NCBI GenBank assembly: GCA_041737355.1
Contig: JBGSRW010000010.1
Coordinates: forward strand, 3,935 to 67,934
DNA from: Patescibacteria group bacterium
GTDB taxonomy: Bacteria > Patescibacteriota > Patescibacteriia > XYB2-FULL-38-15
Direction: 5' to 3'
DNA length: 64,000 nucleotides
Shown: one piece after another, positions 34,815 to 45,304 of the stretch
How positions within the stretch are numbered: position 1 is the first letter of the stretch
Layout of the letters: each line of letters begins with the position of its first letter
The notes under the pieces: model-generated
Database searches by the model: none
Told to the model about the DNA's origin: nothing
Seen by the model: the letters and a program-made list of their open reading frames with translations, nothing else
Translations under genes and position numbers: made by a program

Positions 34815-35597
34815 ATGAAAATGTGGGTTTGTAACAATTGCGGCTACCTTCACGCCGGGAATAATCCTCCCAAGAATTGTCCGCGTTGCGGTTCCGAATC
34901 GGCGGAGTTCGATCTTACCCCGGTTAAACCTTCGTCGGAACGGGCCCGCGCCCTGAAGCCGGCGGACTTTTTGATTATCAACGGTTCGAAACACCGGTCG
35001 CACAATACCCGTCTTTTTACGGAAATGACAGCCGAAGTTTTCCGTGAGCAAAAAAAATCGCATCTGGTCATCAATTTATGCGAGTATAGAGTAGATCCCT
35101 GCTGGCATTGCTATTCCGTGAAAGAGGATCTTTGCCAGGAGCCCTGCCGGAACGGGGACGACGACATGAAATATTTTTATCCCTTGCTAAAAAAATGTAA
35201 GGGGGTTATTATTGTCTCGCCAATCAATTGGAACAACATGTCGGCGATCCTGAAGCATTTTTTGGACCGCCTGACCGCGATTCAAAACATGTTTCTGGTC
35301 AAAGGCGAGACGCCGATGCTCGGAAAAATTTACGGCATCGTTATCAACGGCCACGAAGACGGAGCTTATAAGACAGCCGCCGATATCTCGGTCTATGCGG
35401 AAAATCTTGGCATGGTTTTAGCGCCTTTCGGGATTACCTACACGACGCACGGCCGTAATTTTAAGACGGAAGAAGACCATTCTTATTTTGAAACCGACAA
35501 AAAAACCAGGAATTATGTCCGGGCGGTGGCCAACAACGTGATTAAATTTTCTTCAATAAAATTCGATTATAAAAAAATTATTCCCGCGGCGGAATAA
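34815..35597 (+). CDS. Iron-sulfur flavoprotein / NADPH-dependent FMN reductase family with N-terminal rubredoxin-like zinc ribbon
   Basis: WVCNNCGY...CPRCG. Flavodoxin-like core with a compact Cys cluster. Confidence 0.6.
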   Translation: MKMWVCNNCGYLHAGNNPPKNCPRCGSESAEFDLTPVKPSSERARALKPADFLIINGSKHRSHNTRLFTEMTAEVFREQKKSHLVINLCEYRVDPCWHCYSVKEDLCQEPCRNGDDDMKYFYPLLKKCKGVIIVSPINWNNMSAILKHFLDRLTAIQNMFLVKGETPMLGKIYGIVINGHEDGAYKTAADISVYAENLGMVLAPFGITYTTHGRNFKTEEDHSYFETDKKTRNYVRAVANNVIKFSSIKFDYKKIIPAAE

Positions 35598-35623
35598 CGG
35601 CTAATAATTAATTTTTCAAAATT

Positions 35624-35845
35624 ATGTCCGTGGAAAATTCACAAGAGAATTTTTCCAAATGCGGCTGCGAACCATGCCCGAGCTACAACGCCTGTATGAG
35701 GGGCGGGACGGAAAAATTGTACTGTGCCAAGGAAAAAAGTCATTGCGAAGTGCCGATGAAGGGATGCACTTGCATGAACTGCACCGTTCATAAGGAAAAC
35801 AATCTTAATTCCGGTTATTATTGCGTTAAAGGCTCAGCCAACTAA
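35624..35845 (+). CDS. Cys-rich small protein (10 Cys)
   Basis: CGCEPCPSYNACMRG...CEVPMKGCTCMNC. Confidence 0.5.
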   Translation: MSVENSQENFSKCGCEPCPSYNACMRGGTEKLYCAKEKSHCEVPMKGCTCMNCTVHKENNLNSGYYCVKGSAN

Positions 35846-35875
35846 TTATTAATAACTAAGTATTAATAAAAAACT

Positions 35876-36034
35876 ATGGCAGTAAAAAATGTCGGCGAAA
35901 AATATCGCTGTAATGTATGCGGCAACGAAATAACCGTCTCCGAAGTCGGGGGCGGTACCTTGGTTTGCTGCGAAGAAGAAATGGAAAATATCGACGGAGA
36001 AACGGCGGAAGAGGAAAACGAGGAAGAAGTTTAA
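35876..36034 (+). CDS. dsr: Desulforedoxin-like small protein (52 aa), not in the ORF track
   Basis: [27 protein letters not shown] matches desulforedoxin ([27 protein letters not shown]). Acidic tail. Confidence 0.65.
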   Translation: [52 protein letters not shown]

Positions 36035-36052
36035 TCGCTAAGCTTTAAAAAT

Positions 36053-36613
36053 ATGTCCAGAACCCAAGAAAATTTGAGGCGGGCGTTTGCCGGCGAATCA
36101 ATGGCCCGCAATAAATACACTTTTTTTGCCCTGAAAGCGAGAAAAGAGGGCTACGAGGGAATCGCCAGAATTTTTGAAGAGACGGCGGCCAATGAAATGG
36201 AGCACGCCGAGCGCCTGATGAGTTTTATGAAAGGCGAACCGCCGGTAACTCTCGAGGGTTACAGCGTGCCGGAGCTTTCCGGAACAGCGGAAAATCTGGT
36301 GGCCGCGGCTGCTGGCGAGCATTACGAATGGACCGATATGTATCCGTCTTTTGAAAAGATCGCCCGCGAAGAAGGGGAAAACGAAATCGCCGACGTCTTC
36401 CGTGAAATCGGAGAAGTCGAAGAACAACACGAGAAACGGTATCAGATATTGCTTGCCAAAGTCAAAGAAAAAAAAGTTTTCAAAAGCGAAGAACCGATTC
36501 GCTGGAAATGTCTGAACTGCGGTTATATCCACGAAGGAACCGAACCGCCGGCCAAGTGTCCGGCTTGCGGCGAACCGCGCGCTTTCTACGAACCTTGGTG
36601 CCAGAATTATTAG
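36053..36613 (+). CDS. rbr: Rubrerythrin
   Basis: Ferritin-like diiron domain with E...EMEH motifs. C-terminal rubredoxin CxxC...CxxC. Confidence 0.9.
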   Translation: MSRTQENLRRAFAGESMARNKYTFFALKARKEGYEGIARIFEETAANEMEHAERLMSFMKGEPPVTLEGYSVPELSGTAENLVAAAAGEHYEWTDMYPSFEKIAREEGENEIADVFREIGEVEEQHEKRYQILLAKVKEKKVFKSEEPIRWKCLNCGYIHEGTEPPAKCPACGEPRAFYEPWCQNY

Positions 36614-36662
36614 GGCTTGAAATTTTTAAAGGGATAAGTTAATATTTTCTTATCCCTTACGT

Positions 36663-36739
36663 GGGCGGCTAGCTCAGTTGGTTAGAGCGTTACATTGACA
36701 TTGTAAAGGTCACAGGTTCGACTCCTGTGCCGCCCACCA
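36663..36739 (+). tRNA. tRNA-Val (GAC)
   Basis: Cloverleaf with 7-bp acceptor gggcggc/gccgccc. Anticodon loop ttGACat. CCA encoded. Confidence 0.85.
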
Positions 36740-36758
36740 TGAAAATTAGGCAATTTTT

Positions 36759-36784
36759 AAACCGCCGGAAGGCGGTTTTTTTAT
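36759..36784 (+). terminator. Rho-independent terminator after the tRNA
   Basis: ccgcc ggaa ggcgg followed by T7. Confidence 0.8.
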
Positions 36785-36897
36785 TTACATTTTTTGGGGT
36801 TTGTGATAATTTTCCTTCTGGTTGCCTGAATTCGGGCAATAGGGGAAAAGGCCGCCCGGGCGAAAGCTTTGGCGGACCCAAGGAGGAGAGAAGACAG

Positions 36898-38247
36898 ATG
36901 GGAAAGCATGTGATTGTGGTTGGCGTACAGTGGGGCGACGAGTCAAAGGGAAGGGTGGTTGATTTTCTCACCCTCTTCTACGACGCGGTCATCCGTTTCC
37001 AGGGCGGCAACAACGCCGGCCACACGGTGGTAGACGACGAAGGCCGGACGTTCAAGATGCGGCAGGTTCCCTCGGGAGTTGTCCGCGGAGTTTTGGCCGT
37101 ACTCGGGAACGGGATGGTTCCCAATCCTTTTGCCCTAGTTGACGAGATCGAAGAACTGCGGAAGGCGGGGCTCGCGATTTCTCCCGAAAATCTGATCATT
37201 GCCGAGAGCGCTCCGCTGAATCTTCCGATCCACTCCGAACTCGACCGGATCCGGGAGGAGATGAGCGGCAAGAACAAGATCGGAACTACCGGCCGGGGAA
37301 TCGGTCCGGCCTATGAGGACAAGATCGCCCGCCGGGCGATCCGCGTCGCGGATCTGGCCGATCCCGCCTATCTCAAAGATCGCCTCGCGGCGCTTTTCAC
37401 TCATCACAACGCCCTCCGGCGCGGACTGGGCGCACCGGAAGCCAGCTTCAGGGAGACCTTCGTCCAGCTCCGGGAAATCGCCCCGAAGATTCTGCTTTAT
37501 GCGGCGCCGGTCTGGCGGGTTCTCTACGGAATGGACCAGAAAGGCAAGCGGTTCATCTTCGAGGGGACCCAGGGAGCGATGCTTTCGGTCGAGCACGGTA
37601 CCTATCCCTACGTGACTTCGTCCGACACTTCCGCCGGTCAGGCCTCGGTCGGCTCGGGTTTCCCGGCCGGCAAGGGGAGTTTCGTTCTCGGAGTGGCAAA
37701 GGCTTACACGACGCGGGTCGGCGGCGGGCCTTTCCCGACCGAACTTTTGGACGAGACCGGCAGCCGGATGCGCGAGTGCGGCAGCGAGTTCGGGACGAAT
37801 ACCGGCCGGCCGCGGCGTTGCGGCTGGTTTGATGCCGTGGCGGTCCGCCAGGCGGTGCGCCTCTCGGGCGTCGACGGCCTCGTCATCTCCAAACTCGACG
37901 TTTTGGACGGATTCCGTGAACTCAAAATTTGCGTCGACTACCGAGACGGCGGAAAAAGCTACGACTATCTCCCGGCTTCGCCGGCCATTCAGGCCACCTG
38001 CGAGCCGGTCTACGAATCCCTGCCAGGGTGGGAAGATCCCTGCAAGGGAGCGACGTCCGCTGATCGTCTGCCTGCGGCGGCGATCAACTATCTCCGCCGG
38101 ATTGAGAAGTTCGTCGGCGTTCCGGTAATCCTCGCCTCTGCAAGTCCGGTGCGGGGAGAAATGGTCGTGGTGACCGACCACGAGATTCTGCACGGCCGGG
38201 TAGCCGGCTGCACGAGTCGTTTTGGCCATCCGTTGGCCGGCATCTAG
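36898..38247 (+). CDS. purA: Adenylosuccinate synthetase
   Basis: QWGDESKGRVVD P-loop. Length about 450 aa. RBS aaggaggag. GC-rich. Confidence 0.9.
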   Translation: MGKHVIVVGVQWGDESKGRVVDFLTLFYDAVIRFQGGNNAGHTVVDDEGRTFKMRQVPSGVVRGVLAVLGNGMVPNPFALVDEIEELRKAGLAISPENLIIAESAPLNLPIHSELDRIREEMSGKNKIGTTGRGIGPAYEDKIARRAIRVADLADPAYLKDRLAALFTHHNALRRGLGAPEASFRETFVQLREIAPKILLYAAPVWRVLYGMDQKGKRFIFEGTQGAMLSVEHGTYPYVTSSDTSAGQASVGSGFPAGKGSFVLGVAKAYTTRVGGGPFPTELLDETGSRMRECGSEFGTNTGRPRRCGWFDAVAVRQAVRLSGVDGLVISKLDVLDGFRELKICVDYRDGGKSYDYLPASPAIQATCEPVYESLPGWEDPCKGATSADRLPAAAINYLRRIEKFVGVPVILASASPVRGEMVVVTDHEILHGRVAGCTSRFGHPLAGI

Positions 38248-38342
38248 AAAAGAAGGAGAAGAGAGTACTCGCCAAGGTCGTCAGCAGGACCAAGGCGAGT
38301 TTTTTTAAACAAAAAAACGGGCCGTCCAAGCCCGTTTCATTT

Positions 38343-39500
38343 TTATCTCTTGAGGAGCAAATTCATTTTTATTTCTTCAATAATTTCTTTTTCCGCTTCG
38401 GCGAGTTTGACCCCGGTAAGGCAGAATTGCCGCATGTCTTTGCCGCCCTCCGCCTCGCGGGAAATGAGCCGGCCGGCCTCGGCGCCCTTCAAAGTTTTTA
38501 TAAGGCAGCAGATTTTTGTTTCCGAAGAATTAGTGTAGGGAATTTCGTAAAAGAGAACAACGATTTCCGCTTCCGGCGAATTGGCGATCAGCTCGTCAAT
38601 AACCTCGGTCAGTTCTTCCACTTCGGCGCCCGAGGTAATAAAATCGTCGCGGGTCAGAAGAGACCAGACAATTTTTGTCGAGGGATCGTTTTTCAAACGC
38701 ATCAGCGCCCGTCCCCAGAGTTTCAATGTTCCGATGGTTTTGGTCTGATAGAGATTTTTTATAATTTCTTCGCGCCTGGCGCCGCGGGCGACAAGCTGGC
38801 TCGCGATGCCGAGCGTCCGCGGGGTGACGGCGAGCGATTTGAAGCTTCTGGTTTTAGAGATCATCCCCGCCAAAAGCAGAGTCGCCACTTCCTCGTCGAT
38901 AAGATTGGGATTCATTTTTTCCAAAAAGTTAAAAAGAATTTCCGCGGTGGAAGTCGCGTTCATTTCGACGAGATTGATCTGGCCGAATTGTTCGTTGGCC
39001 GGACTGTGGTCTATATTTATCATCGGGGTATTGAAAAAGAATTCGGTATTTTTATGGTAAAGCCCGCCGAGCGATTCCAGATCCGGAGTATCGAGAACAA
39101 TCACGAGATCGTATTTATAGTTGGAAAGAGCGGTGGTAATTTCTTTTTGGTCGATGTTACGGTGTTCCGGGGCGACAAAAATATTGAGTTTTGTCCCATT
39201 CATTTCGTAGTGCAATCCGCCGATTTGGTTCCCGGAAACATCGACGCTGATAATCAAGTTTCTGAGGTTGGAAATGTCCGGTTTGATATTTTCTATCCGC
39301 GGAAGAAAAGTGAAAGTTTTTGGAGCGACAAAATCGTCACAGACGATATCAACGACCGGTTTGTTCATTTTTTTTAAAATATTATGCAATGCTAAACTGG
39401 AAGCAACGGCATCGCCGCTCCAGTTTTTCCGAAAAGCGACCAATGGCCGGCTGCTTTTTTCGATTGTTTCGAAGATTTGCTGGGTTAAATTAAGCGCCAC
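38343..39500 (-). CDS. DHH family phosphoesterase (NrnA-like)
   Basis: N-terminal SGDAVASSLAL pattern. IDHS (DHH-like) motif. Confidence 0.7.
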   Translation of the reverse strand: MALNLTQQIFETIEKSSRPLVAFRKNWSGDAVASSLALHNILKKMNKPVVDIVCDDFVAPKTFTFLPRIENIKPDISNLRNLIISVDVSGNQIGGLHYEMNGTKLNIFVAPEHRNIDQKEITTALSNYKYDLVIVLDTPDLESLGGLYHKNTEFFFNTPMINIDHSPANEQFGQINLVEMNATSTAEILFNFLEKMNPNLIDEEVATLLLAGMISKTRSFKSLAVTPRTLGIASQLVARGARREEIIKNLYQTKTIGTLKLWGRALMRLKNDPSTKIVWSLLTRDDFITSGAEVEELTEVIDELIANSPEAEIVVLFYEIPYTNSSETKICCLIKTLKGAEAGRLISREAEGGKDMRQFCLTGVKLAEAEKEIIEEIKMNLLLKR

Positions 39501-39641
39501 AAGTTCCTTTAAACGGGATAAAATTAATAGTTAGTTTTTCAGTATAGTCTAAGCTAACAGGGGTGTCAATTGTCTTCAAAGTTGTTAATTCGGGGGGTTT
39601 CTGATAAAATTAGGGAATTATTAAGACAAAATAAGCGATTT

Positions 39642-42269
39642 ATGCCCGAATTGCCCAAGGCCTACAATCCCAAGGAAGTCGAAGACAAAATATATCAGAA
39701 ATGGGAGAAATCAGGGTATTTTAATCCGGATAAGCTGCCCCGTCAAGGGCGGGATGTTTTTTCTATTGTTATGCCTCCGCCGAACGTAACCGGGACTCTG
39801 CACCTCGGCCATGCGGTCATGCTCGCGCTGGAAGATATTCTAATACGTTATCACCGGATGAAAGGCGACAAAACACTCTGGCTTCCCGGTACAGATCATG
39901 CGGCCATCGCCACCCAGACCAAGGTGGAAAAACTTTTGAAGGAAAAAGAAGGAAAGTCGCGCCACGACCTGGGTAGGGAAAAATTTCTTGCTGAGGTTGA
40001 GAAATTTGTTTCCGAAACGAAGGGTGTCATAAAAAATCAGATAAGAAAAATGGGTTCAAGCTGCGATTGGTCGCGCGAGGCCTATACCCTGGATGAGCCG
40101 AGGTCGTTTGCGGTGCGGACTGTTTTTAAAATGATGCACGACGACGGTTTGATTTACCGCGGAGAGCGGATAGTTAATTGGTGCCCGCGCTGCGGTTCCA
40201 CTCTGGCCGACGACGAGGTTGAATATAGAACTCAGAAAGCAAAATTTTATACCTTCCGTTATAGCAAAGATTTTCCCTTTGCCATTGCCACGACTCGGCC
40301 GGAAACCAAATTAGGAGATACGGCAGTGGCCGTCAATCCTAAAGACGAGCGGTATAAAAAATATATTGGTAAAACTTTTGAGATTGATTTTGTCGGCGTG
40401 TCTTTGAAATTGAAAATTATCGCCGACCGCGCGATTGATGCGGCTTTCGGAACCGGGGCGCTCGGCGTGACGCCGGCTCATTCCATGGCCGATTGGCAGA
40501 TGGCCGAACGGAATAATTTGCCGGTTGTTAAAGTAGTCGACGAGCAGGGGAAAATCAGACAGGGCTTTGGTGCGTACTCCGGCAAGACCGTAGCGGAGGC
40601 GCGTAATTTGATCGCGGAGAAACTTAAAGAAGACGGACTTATAGAAAAAGAAGAGGAGATTGAAAATAATTTATCGCTTTGCTACCGCTGTGGTACGCCG
40701 ATTGAACCCTTACCCTCGCTCCAGTGGTTCATCGATGTCAATAAGAAATTCAAGATCAAGGGTAATGGAATAAAGGGATATAAAAAAGGCAGCGAGGCGA
40801 CGCTAAAGGAGTTGGCTATTGCCGCGGTAAAAGGGGGCCAGATAAAAATTCTCCCGGACCGTTTCCTGAAAGTTTATTATCATTGGATGGAAAATCTGCG
40901 CGATTGGTGTATCTCCCGCCAGATTTGGTTTGGCCATCGCGTGCCGGTTTGGTATAAGGGCAAGGAAACTTATGTCGGGGCGGGGAGGCCGGAAGGCGAA
41001 GGATGGAAACAGGACGAAGACACGCTTGATACGTGGTTCTCTTCGGGGCTTTGGACTTTCACCACGCTCGGCTGGCCGGAAAAAACTAGTGATTTTAAAA
41101 CTTACCATCCGACCTCAGTTCTTGAAACCGGCTACGATATTTTATTTTTCTGGATTGCCAGGATGATTTTGATGACAACCTACGTTTTGGGAGATATTCC
41201 TTTCAAAAATGTATATCTCCACGGGATGGTCCGCGACGAGAAGGGGAGAAAGATGTCCAAGTCGCTTGGTAACATAATAGACCCCCTGGAAACGGCGGAT
41301 AAATACGGTACTGATGCGGTGCGCCTGTCTTTGGCGCTCGGCACTTCGCCGGGAAGCGATATGAGATTGTACGACGAAAAAATCGCAGGTTTCAGAAATT
41401 TTACCAACAAAATTTGGAATATCGGGCGGTATGTGGTGGAAAAAACCAAAGATAAAAAAACCAAAATAAAGGTGAAAGCGGAGACCGTTGCCGAGAGATG
41501 GATTTTGTCGAGGTTAAACGGCGTGATTGGGGAAGTAACGTCGCATTTGGAAAACTGCGAATTTTCCCAAGCGGGAGAAAAATTAAGAGCTTTCAGCTGG
41601 GATGAGTTCGCCGACTGGTATTTGGAAATAAATAAAATTCAACCGAACAATTCTCTTCTCGCGGCGGCATATTCCGTGCTTCTGAAACTTTGGCATCCTT
41701 TTATGCCTTACGTAACGGAGGAACTTTGGCCTAATTTTGGCGGAGGGCTTCTTCTAGTTGCCGAGTGGCCTAAAGCGGAAAAAAAATTATCCGATAAAAA
41801 AGCGGAAAAAGATTTCGAATTTTTAAGAAGCATTATTACGGCGATCCGCGGCATGCGGGCCGATTACAGGATAGAACCGGCTAAAAAGGTCCGGGTAGTC
41901 GTTTACGCAGGGGCCAAGAAAAAATTTATTGACAGTCAGAGCGAGATTATAAAAAATTTGGCCAGAGTCGAAATATTGGAAGTAGAAAAATCTGGGAAAA
42001 AACCGGACCAATCGGCCGGGATGATAATTTCCGGAGCGGAAATTTATTTGCCGCTTGCCGGAATGATAGATGTCGCCAAAGAAAAGAATCAATTAGAAAA
42101 AGAATTAGGCGAGGCGGAAAAATATCTGGCGGTTATAAAGAATAAATTATCCAACAAGTCTTTTACGGAGCATGCGCCAAAAGAAATTGTCGACGGCGAG
42201 AAAGAAAAGCTGGAAACGCAGAAAGAAAAAGTGGAAAAAATAAAAAATCAATTGAAATCGATTATTTAA
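39642..42269 (+). CDS. valS: Valine--tRNA ligase
   Basis: PPPNVTGTLHLGHA (HIGH) and KMSKSLGN. C-terminal coiled coil. ATG 39642 gives the canonical MPELPKAYNP N-terminus. Confidence 0.9.
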   Translation: MPELPKAYNPKEVEDKIYQKWEKSGYFNPDKLPRQGRDVFSIVMPPPNVTGTLHLGHAVMLALEDILIRYHRMKGDKTLWLPGTDHAAIATQTKVEKLLKEKEGKSRHDLGREKFLAEVEKFVSETKGVIKNQIRKMGSSCDWSREAYTLDEPRSFAVRTVFKMMHDDGLIYRGERIVNWCPRCGSTLADDEVEYRTQKAKFYTFRYSKDFPFAIATTRPETKLGDTAVAVNPKDERYKKYIGKTFEIDFVGVSLKLKIIADRAIDAAFGTGALGVTPAHSMADWQMAERNNLPVVKVVDEQGKIRQGFGAYSGKTVAEARNLIAEKLKEDGLIEKEEEIENNLSLCYRCGTPIEPLPSLQWFIDVNKKFKIKGNGIKGYKKGSEATLKELAIAAVKGGQIKILPDRFLKVYYHWMENLRDWCISRQIWFGHRVPVWYKGKETYVGAGRPEGEGWKQDEDTLDTWFSSGLWTFTTLGWPEKTSDFKTYHPTSVLETGYDILFFWIARMILMTTYVLGDIPFKNVYLHGMVRDEKGRKMSKSLGNIIDPLETADKYGTDAVRLSLALGTSPGSDMRLYDEKIAGFRNFTNKIWNIGRYVVEKTKDKKTKIKVKAETVAERWILSRLNGVIGEVTSHLENCEFSQAGEKLRAFSWDEFADWYLEINKIQPNNSLLAAAYSVLLKLWHPFMPYVTEELWPNFGGGLLLVAEWPKAEKKLSDKKAEKDFEFLRSIITAIRGMRADYRIEPAKKVRVVVYAGAKKKFIDSQSEIIKNLARVEILEVEKSGKKPDQSAGMIISGAEIYLPLAGMIDVAKEKNQLEKELGEAEKYLAVIKNKLSNKSFTEHAPKEIVDGEKEKLETQKEKVEKIKNQLKSII

Positions 42270-42274
42270 AATTT

Positions 42275-43495
42275 ATGAAACTAAGCACCGACGCCAAAAA
42301 AATTGAAGAAGTTTTAATCCGTTCGATCGATACAATTTATCCCGACCGGAAGACCTTTGAGGAAATGCTAAAATCGGGAAAACAGCTTAGAATTTACATG
42401 GGTATCGATCCGACGGCGACTTATGTTCATCTGGGGCACGCGACCAATTACATTATTTTGAAACGACTGCACGACCTTGGCCATAAGATTATTGTTCTTA
42501 TCGGCGACTTCACTGCTATGATCGGCGACCCGAGCGACAAGGGCGCGGCTAGAAAAAGGCTGACGCGGGTCGACGTGGAAAAAAATCTCAAAACTTTCAA
42601 AAAACAGATCGGTAAGATTTTGGATTTTTCCGACAAGAAAAATCCCATTGAGTTAAAATTCAATTCCGACTGGCTGGCAAAACTTAACTTTGAGCAGCTT
42701 GTCGACTTGGCCTCCAATTTTACCGTGCAGCGGATGCTTGAGCGGGATATTTTTGAAAAAAGAATAAGGGAAAACAAGCCTCTTTATGTCCATGAATTTT
42801 TTTATCCCCTGATGCAAGGCTACGATTCGGTAGCTCTGGAAGCCGACGCGGAAATCGGCGGAACCGACCAGACTTTTAATATGCTGGCCGGTCGGCAGCT
42901 TGTAGCCGCCTACCAAAAACGGGAAAAAATTGTCGTGACGACAACCTTGCTCGAAAATCCGGTAACCGGCGAAAAACTTATGAGTAAGAGCTTGGGCACG
43001 GGTATCGGACTGGACGAAGAGCCGGACGAGATGTATGGGAAAACCATGGCCTTGCCAGACGAAGCAATTATCCAGGTCTTTGTTGACTGCACTTATTTGC
43101 CGATGGAAGAAATAAAAGAGATGGAAGAACAACTCAAGAAGGGAACCAATCCGCGGGATCTTAAGATGCGCTTGGCCCGCGAAATTGTAAACATGTATCA
43201 CTCGGCCGCGGAAGCTAAAAAGGCGGAAGAAAATTTTATAAAAGTTTTTCAAAAAAAAGAAAAACCAGAAGAGATAGCCGAGGTAAAAATAAAAAAACCC
43301 AAAATAAACATTTTGGATCTGCTCGTGGAAACAAGGCTGGCAGCCAGCAAAGGCGAGGCTCGCCGGTTGTTGGAGCAGGGCGGCGTTAAGATTGACGACG
43401 AAATAATCAAAGACATCAAAACGGAAGTCACGGTTTCAAGAGACGGCGTTTTGATTCAAAAAGGAAAAAGATTTTTTGTGAAAGTCAGGAGTTAA
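42275..43495 (+). CDS. tyrS: Tyrosine--tRNA ligase
   Basis: GIDPTA..HLGH, KMSKS-like motif, C-terminal S4 domain. Confidence 0.85.
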   Translation: MKLSTDAKKIEEVLIRSIDTIYPDRKTFEEMLKSGKQLRIYMGIDPTATYVHLGHATNYIILKRLHDLGHKIIVLIGDFTAMIGDPSDKGAARKRLTRVDVEKNLKTFKKQIGKILDFSDKKNPIELKFNSDWLAKLNFEQLVDLASNFTVQRMLERDIFEKRIRENKPLYVHEFFYPLMQGYDSVALEADAEIGGTDQTFNMLAGRQLVAAYQKREKIVVTTTLLENPVTGEKLMSKSLGTGIGLDEEPDEMYGKTMALPDEAIIQVFVDCTYLPMEEIKEMEEQLKKGTNPRDLKMRLAREIVNMYHSAAEAKKAEENFIKVFQKKEKPEEIAEVKIKKPKINILDLLVETRLAASKGEARRLLEQGGVKIDDEIIKDIKTEVTVSRDGVLIQKGKRFFVKVRS

Positions 43496-43497
43496 TT

Positions 43498-45195
43498 ATG
43501 CTGTCAAAAATTAAAAAAGAACTTGCTTCGTTGGTTAATAAAAATTTTCCGTCGGCGGAAGTCGCGGAGACAGATTTTGTTTTCCCTCCGAATCCGGAGT
43601 TCGGAGATTTATCCCTGCCCTGCTTTAATCTCGCGAAGCAAATGAAAAAATCTCCGGCGGAAGTTGCCAAGGAGATTGGAGAAAAAATAACCCTCCGGGG
43701 CATGGTGGAAAAAGTTTCGGCCGCCGGCCCGTATCTTAATTTTTTTCTTGCCAAAGAAAAATTCAATTCTTTGACGCTGGACAAAATTTTGAAAGAGAAA
43801 GAAAAGTACGGGAACGGAAAATCCGGAAAAGGCAAAAGAGTTATGGTGGAATTTTCCAATGCCAACACCCATAAGGAATATCATGTCGGGCATCTTCGCA
43901 ATCTTTGCTATGGCGACGCCGTCTCCCGGCTTCTCGGCGCTTCCGGATGGAAGGCGATACCCGTCTCGTATATTAATGATTTCGGGATACACGTGGCGAA
44001 AACCCTCTGGGCTTACGAAAAATTTTATAAGAAGGAAAAAATTCCCGCCAACAAAGGATATTTTCTTGGCCAAATTTACGCCCGCTCGACCGGGGAAATA
44101 GAAAAAGATCCCAAGGCCAAGGAGGAAGTCGGCGCCATCATGGAAAAAATCGAAAGCCGCCGCGGTCCGGAGTACAGGCTTTGGGAAAAAACCAGAAAAT
44201 GGAGTATCGAGCAGTTCGGGAAAATATATAAACAGCTTGATATAAAATTTGATAAAATTTTTTATGAGAGCGAAGTTATCGACGACGGAAGAAAAATGGT
44301 CGAAGAACTTCGCCAAAGTAATTTTTTGGTCAAAAGCCAAGGAGCGCTGATTGCCGATTTGGAAAAATACGGCCTTGGCGTTTTGCTTTTTTTGCGTTCG
44401 GACGGAACAGCTCTTTATCCAGTTGCCGATATTCCTTTGGCAATAAAAAAAGTCAAGAAATACAAACTGGATAAGTCAATTTATATAGTTGATGTCCGCC
44501 AAAGCTTATATTTCAAACAGCTGTTCAAAATTCTGGAACTGCTCGGCTACAAACAGGAGATGGCTCATCTCGGTTACGAGTTCGTTAAACTCCCCTCGGG
44601 CATGATGTCTTCCCGGACGGGAAATGTTGTTACTTATGAAAATCTGTGGGCGGAAGCCCTGGGGAGGGCGGTCCGGGAAACGGGAAAAAGACACGCCGAT
44701 TGGAGTAAAAAACAAATTGAGGAGGTGGCTAAAAAAATAGTTGTCGGAGCGATGAAATTTGAAATGGTTAAGGTGGGAAAGGAGCAGACAATTACTTTTG
44801 ATATTGACCGGGCCCTAAGCTTTGAAGGTTTCACCGCGGCTTATTTACAGTATACGCACGCGAGGATTTGTTCTATTTTAAAAAAGGTCGGAACCGGAAA
44901 AATAGACTCCGCCCATCTTGACAAATTGAAAGAAAAATGGGAATATAATCTGTCCTTCGCTCTGGCAAAATTTCCCGAAACGTTGGAAAAATCCGCTGCG
45001 GCATATAATCCGGCGGTTTTGGCCGATTATCTTTACGAATTGGCAAAAGTTTTCAGTGATTTTTACCGAGATGTCCGGGTGCTTGGGGCCGATCGGGAAA
45101 CGGTTGGGGCGAGACTTGCCCTTATTAATGCGGTAAAAATAGTTTTAGCGAAAGGGCTGAAAATTCTTGGTATAGTCGCTCCGGATAAAATGTGA
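43498..45195 (+). CDS. argS: Arginine--tRNA ligase
   Basis: HVGHLRN class I motif. DALR-type C-terminus. Confidence 0.9.
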   Translation: MLSKIKKELASLVNKNFPSAEVAETDFVFPPNPEFGDLSLPCFNLAKQMKKSPAEVAKEIGEKITLRGMVEKVSAAGPYLNFFLAKEKFNSLTLDKILKEKEKYGNGKSGKGKRVMVEFSNANTHKEYHVGHLRNLCYGDAVSRLLGASGWKAIPVSYINDFGIHVAKTLWAYEKFYKKEKIPANKGYFLGQIYARSTGEIEKDPKAKEEVGAIMEKIESRRGPEYRLWEKTRKWSIEQFGKIYKQLDIKFDKIFYESEVIDDGRKMVEELRQSNFLVKSQGALIADLEKYGLGVLLFLRSDGTALYPVADIPLAIKKVKKYKLDKSIYIVDVRQSLYFKQLFKILELLGYKQEMAHLGYEFVKLPSGMMSSRTGNVVTYENLWAEALGRAVRETGKRHADWSKKQIEEVAKKIVVGAMKFEMVKVGKEQTITFDIDRALSFEGFTAAYLQYTHARICSILKKVGTGKIDSAHLDKLKEKWEYNLSFALAKFPETLEKSAAAYNPAVLADYLYELAKVFSDFYRDVRVLGADRETVGARLALINAVKIVLAKGLKILGIVAPDKM

Positions 45196-45304
45196 TATAA
45201 GCAATAGGGGGCGCACTGAAGTGCAATAAAATAAATTTATTTCACCTCAGTGTGCCTTTTGGTTGGCGCACGGTAAGAAAAATAGGGGAGAAACGGAGGA
45301 GGAG

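Noticed and set aside
36790-36897. Possible ZTP (pfl) riboswitch in the purA leader (CCGGGCG / GGCGGACC segments)
   Set aside because: The 5' conserved half (GGGUCGUGACUGGCG-like) is absent; similarity limited to a GC-rich stretch.
37135-38229. 364-aa antisense ORF within purA
   Set aside because: purA identity is unambiguous. The antisense frame is a GC artifact.
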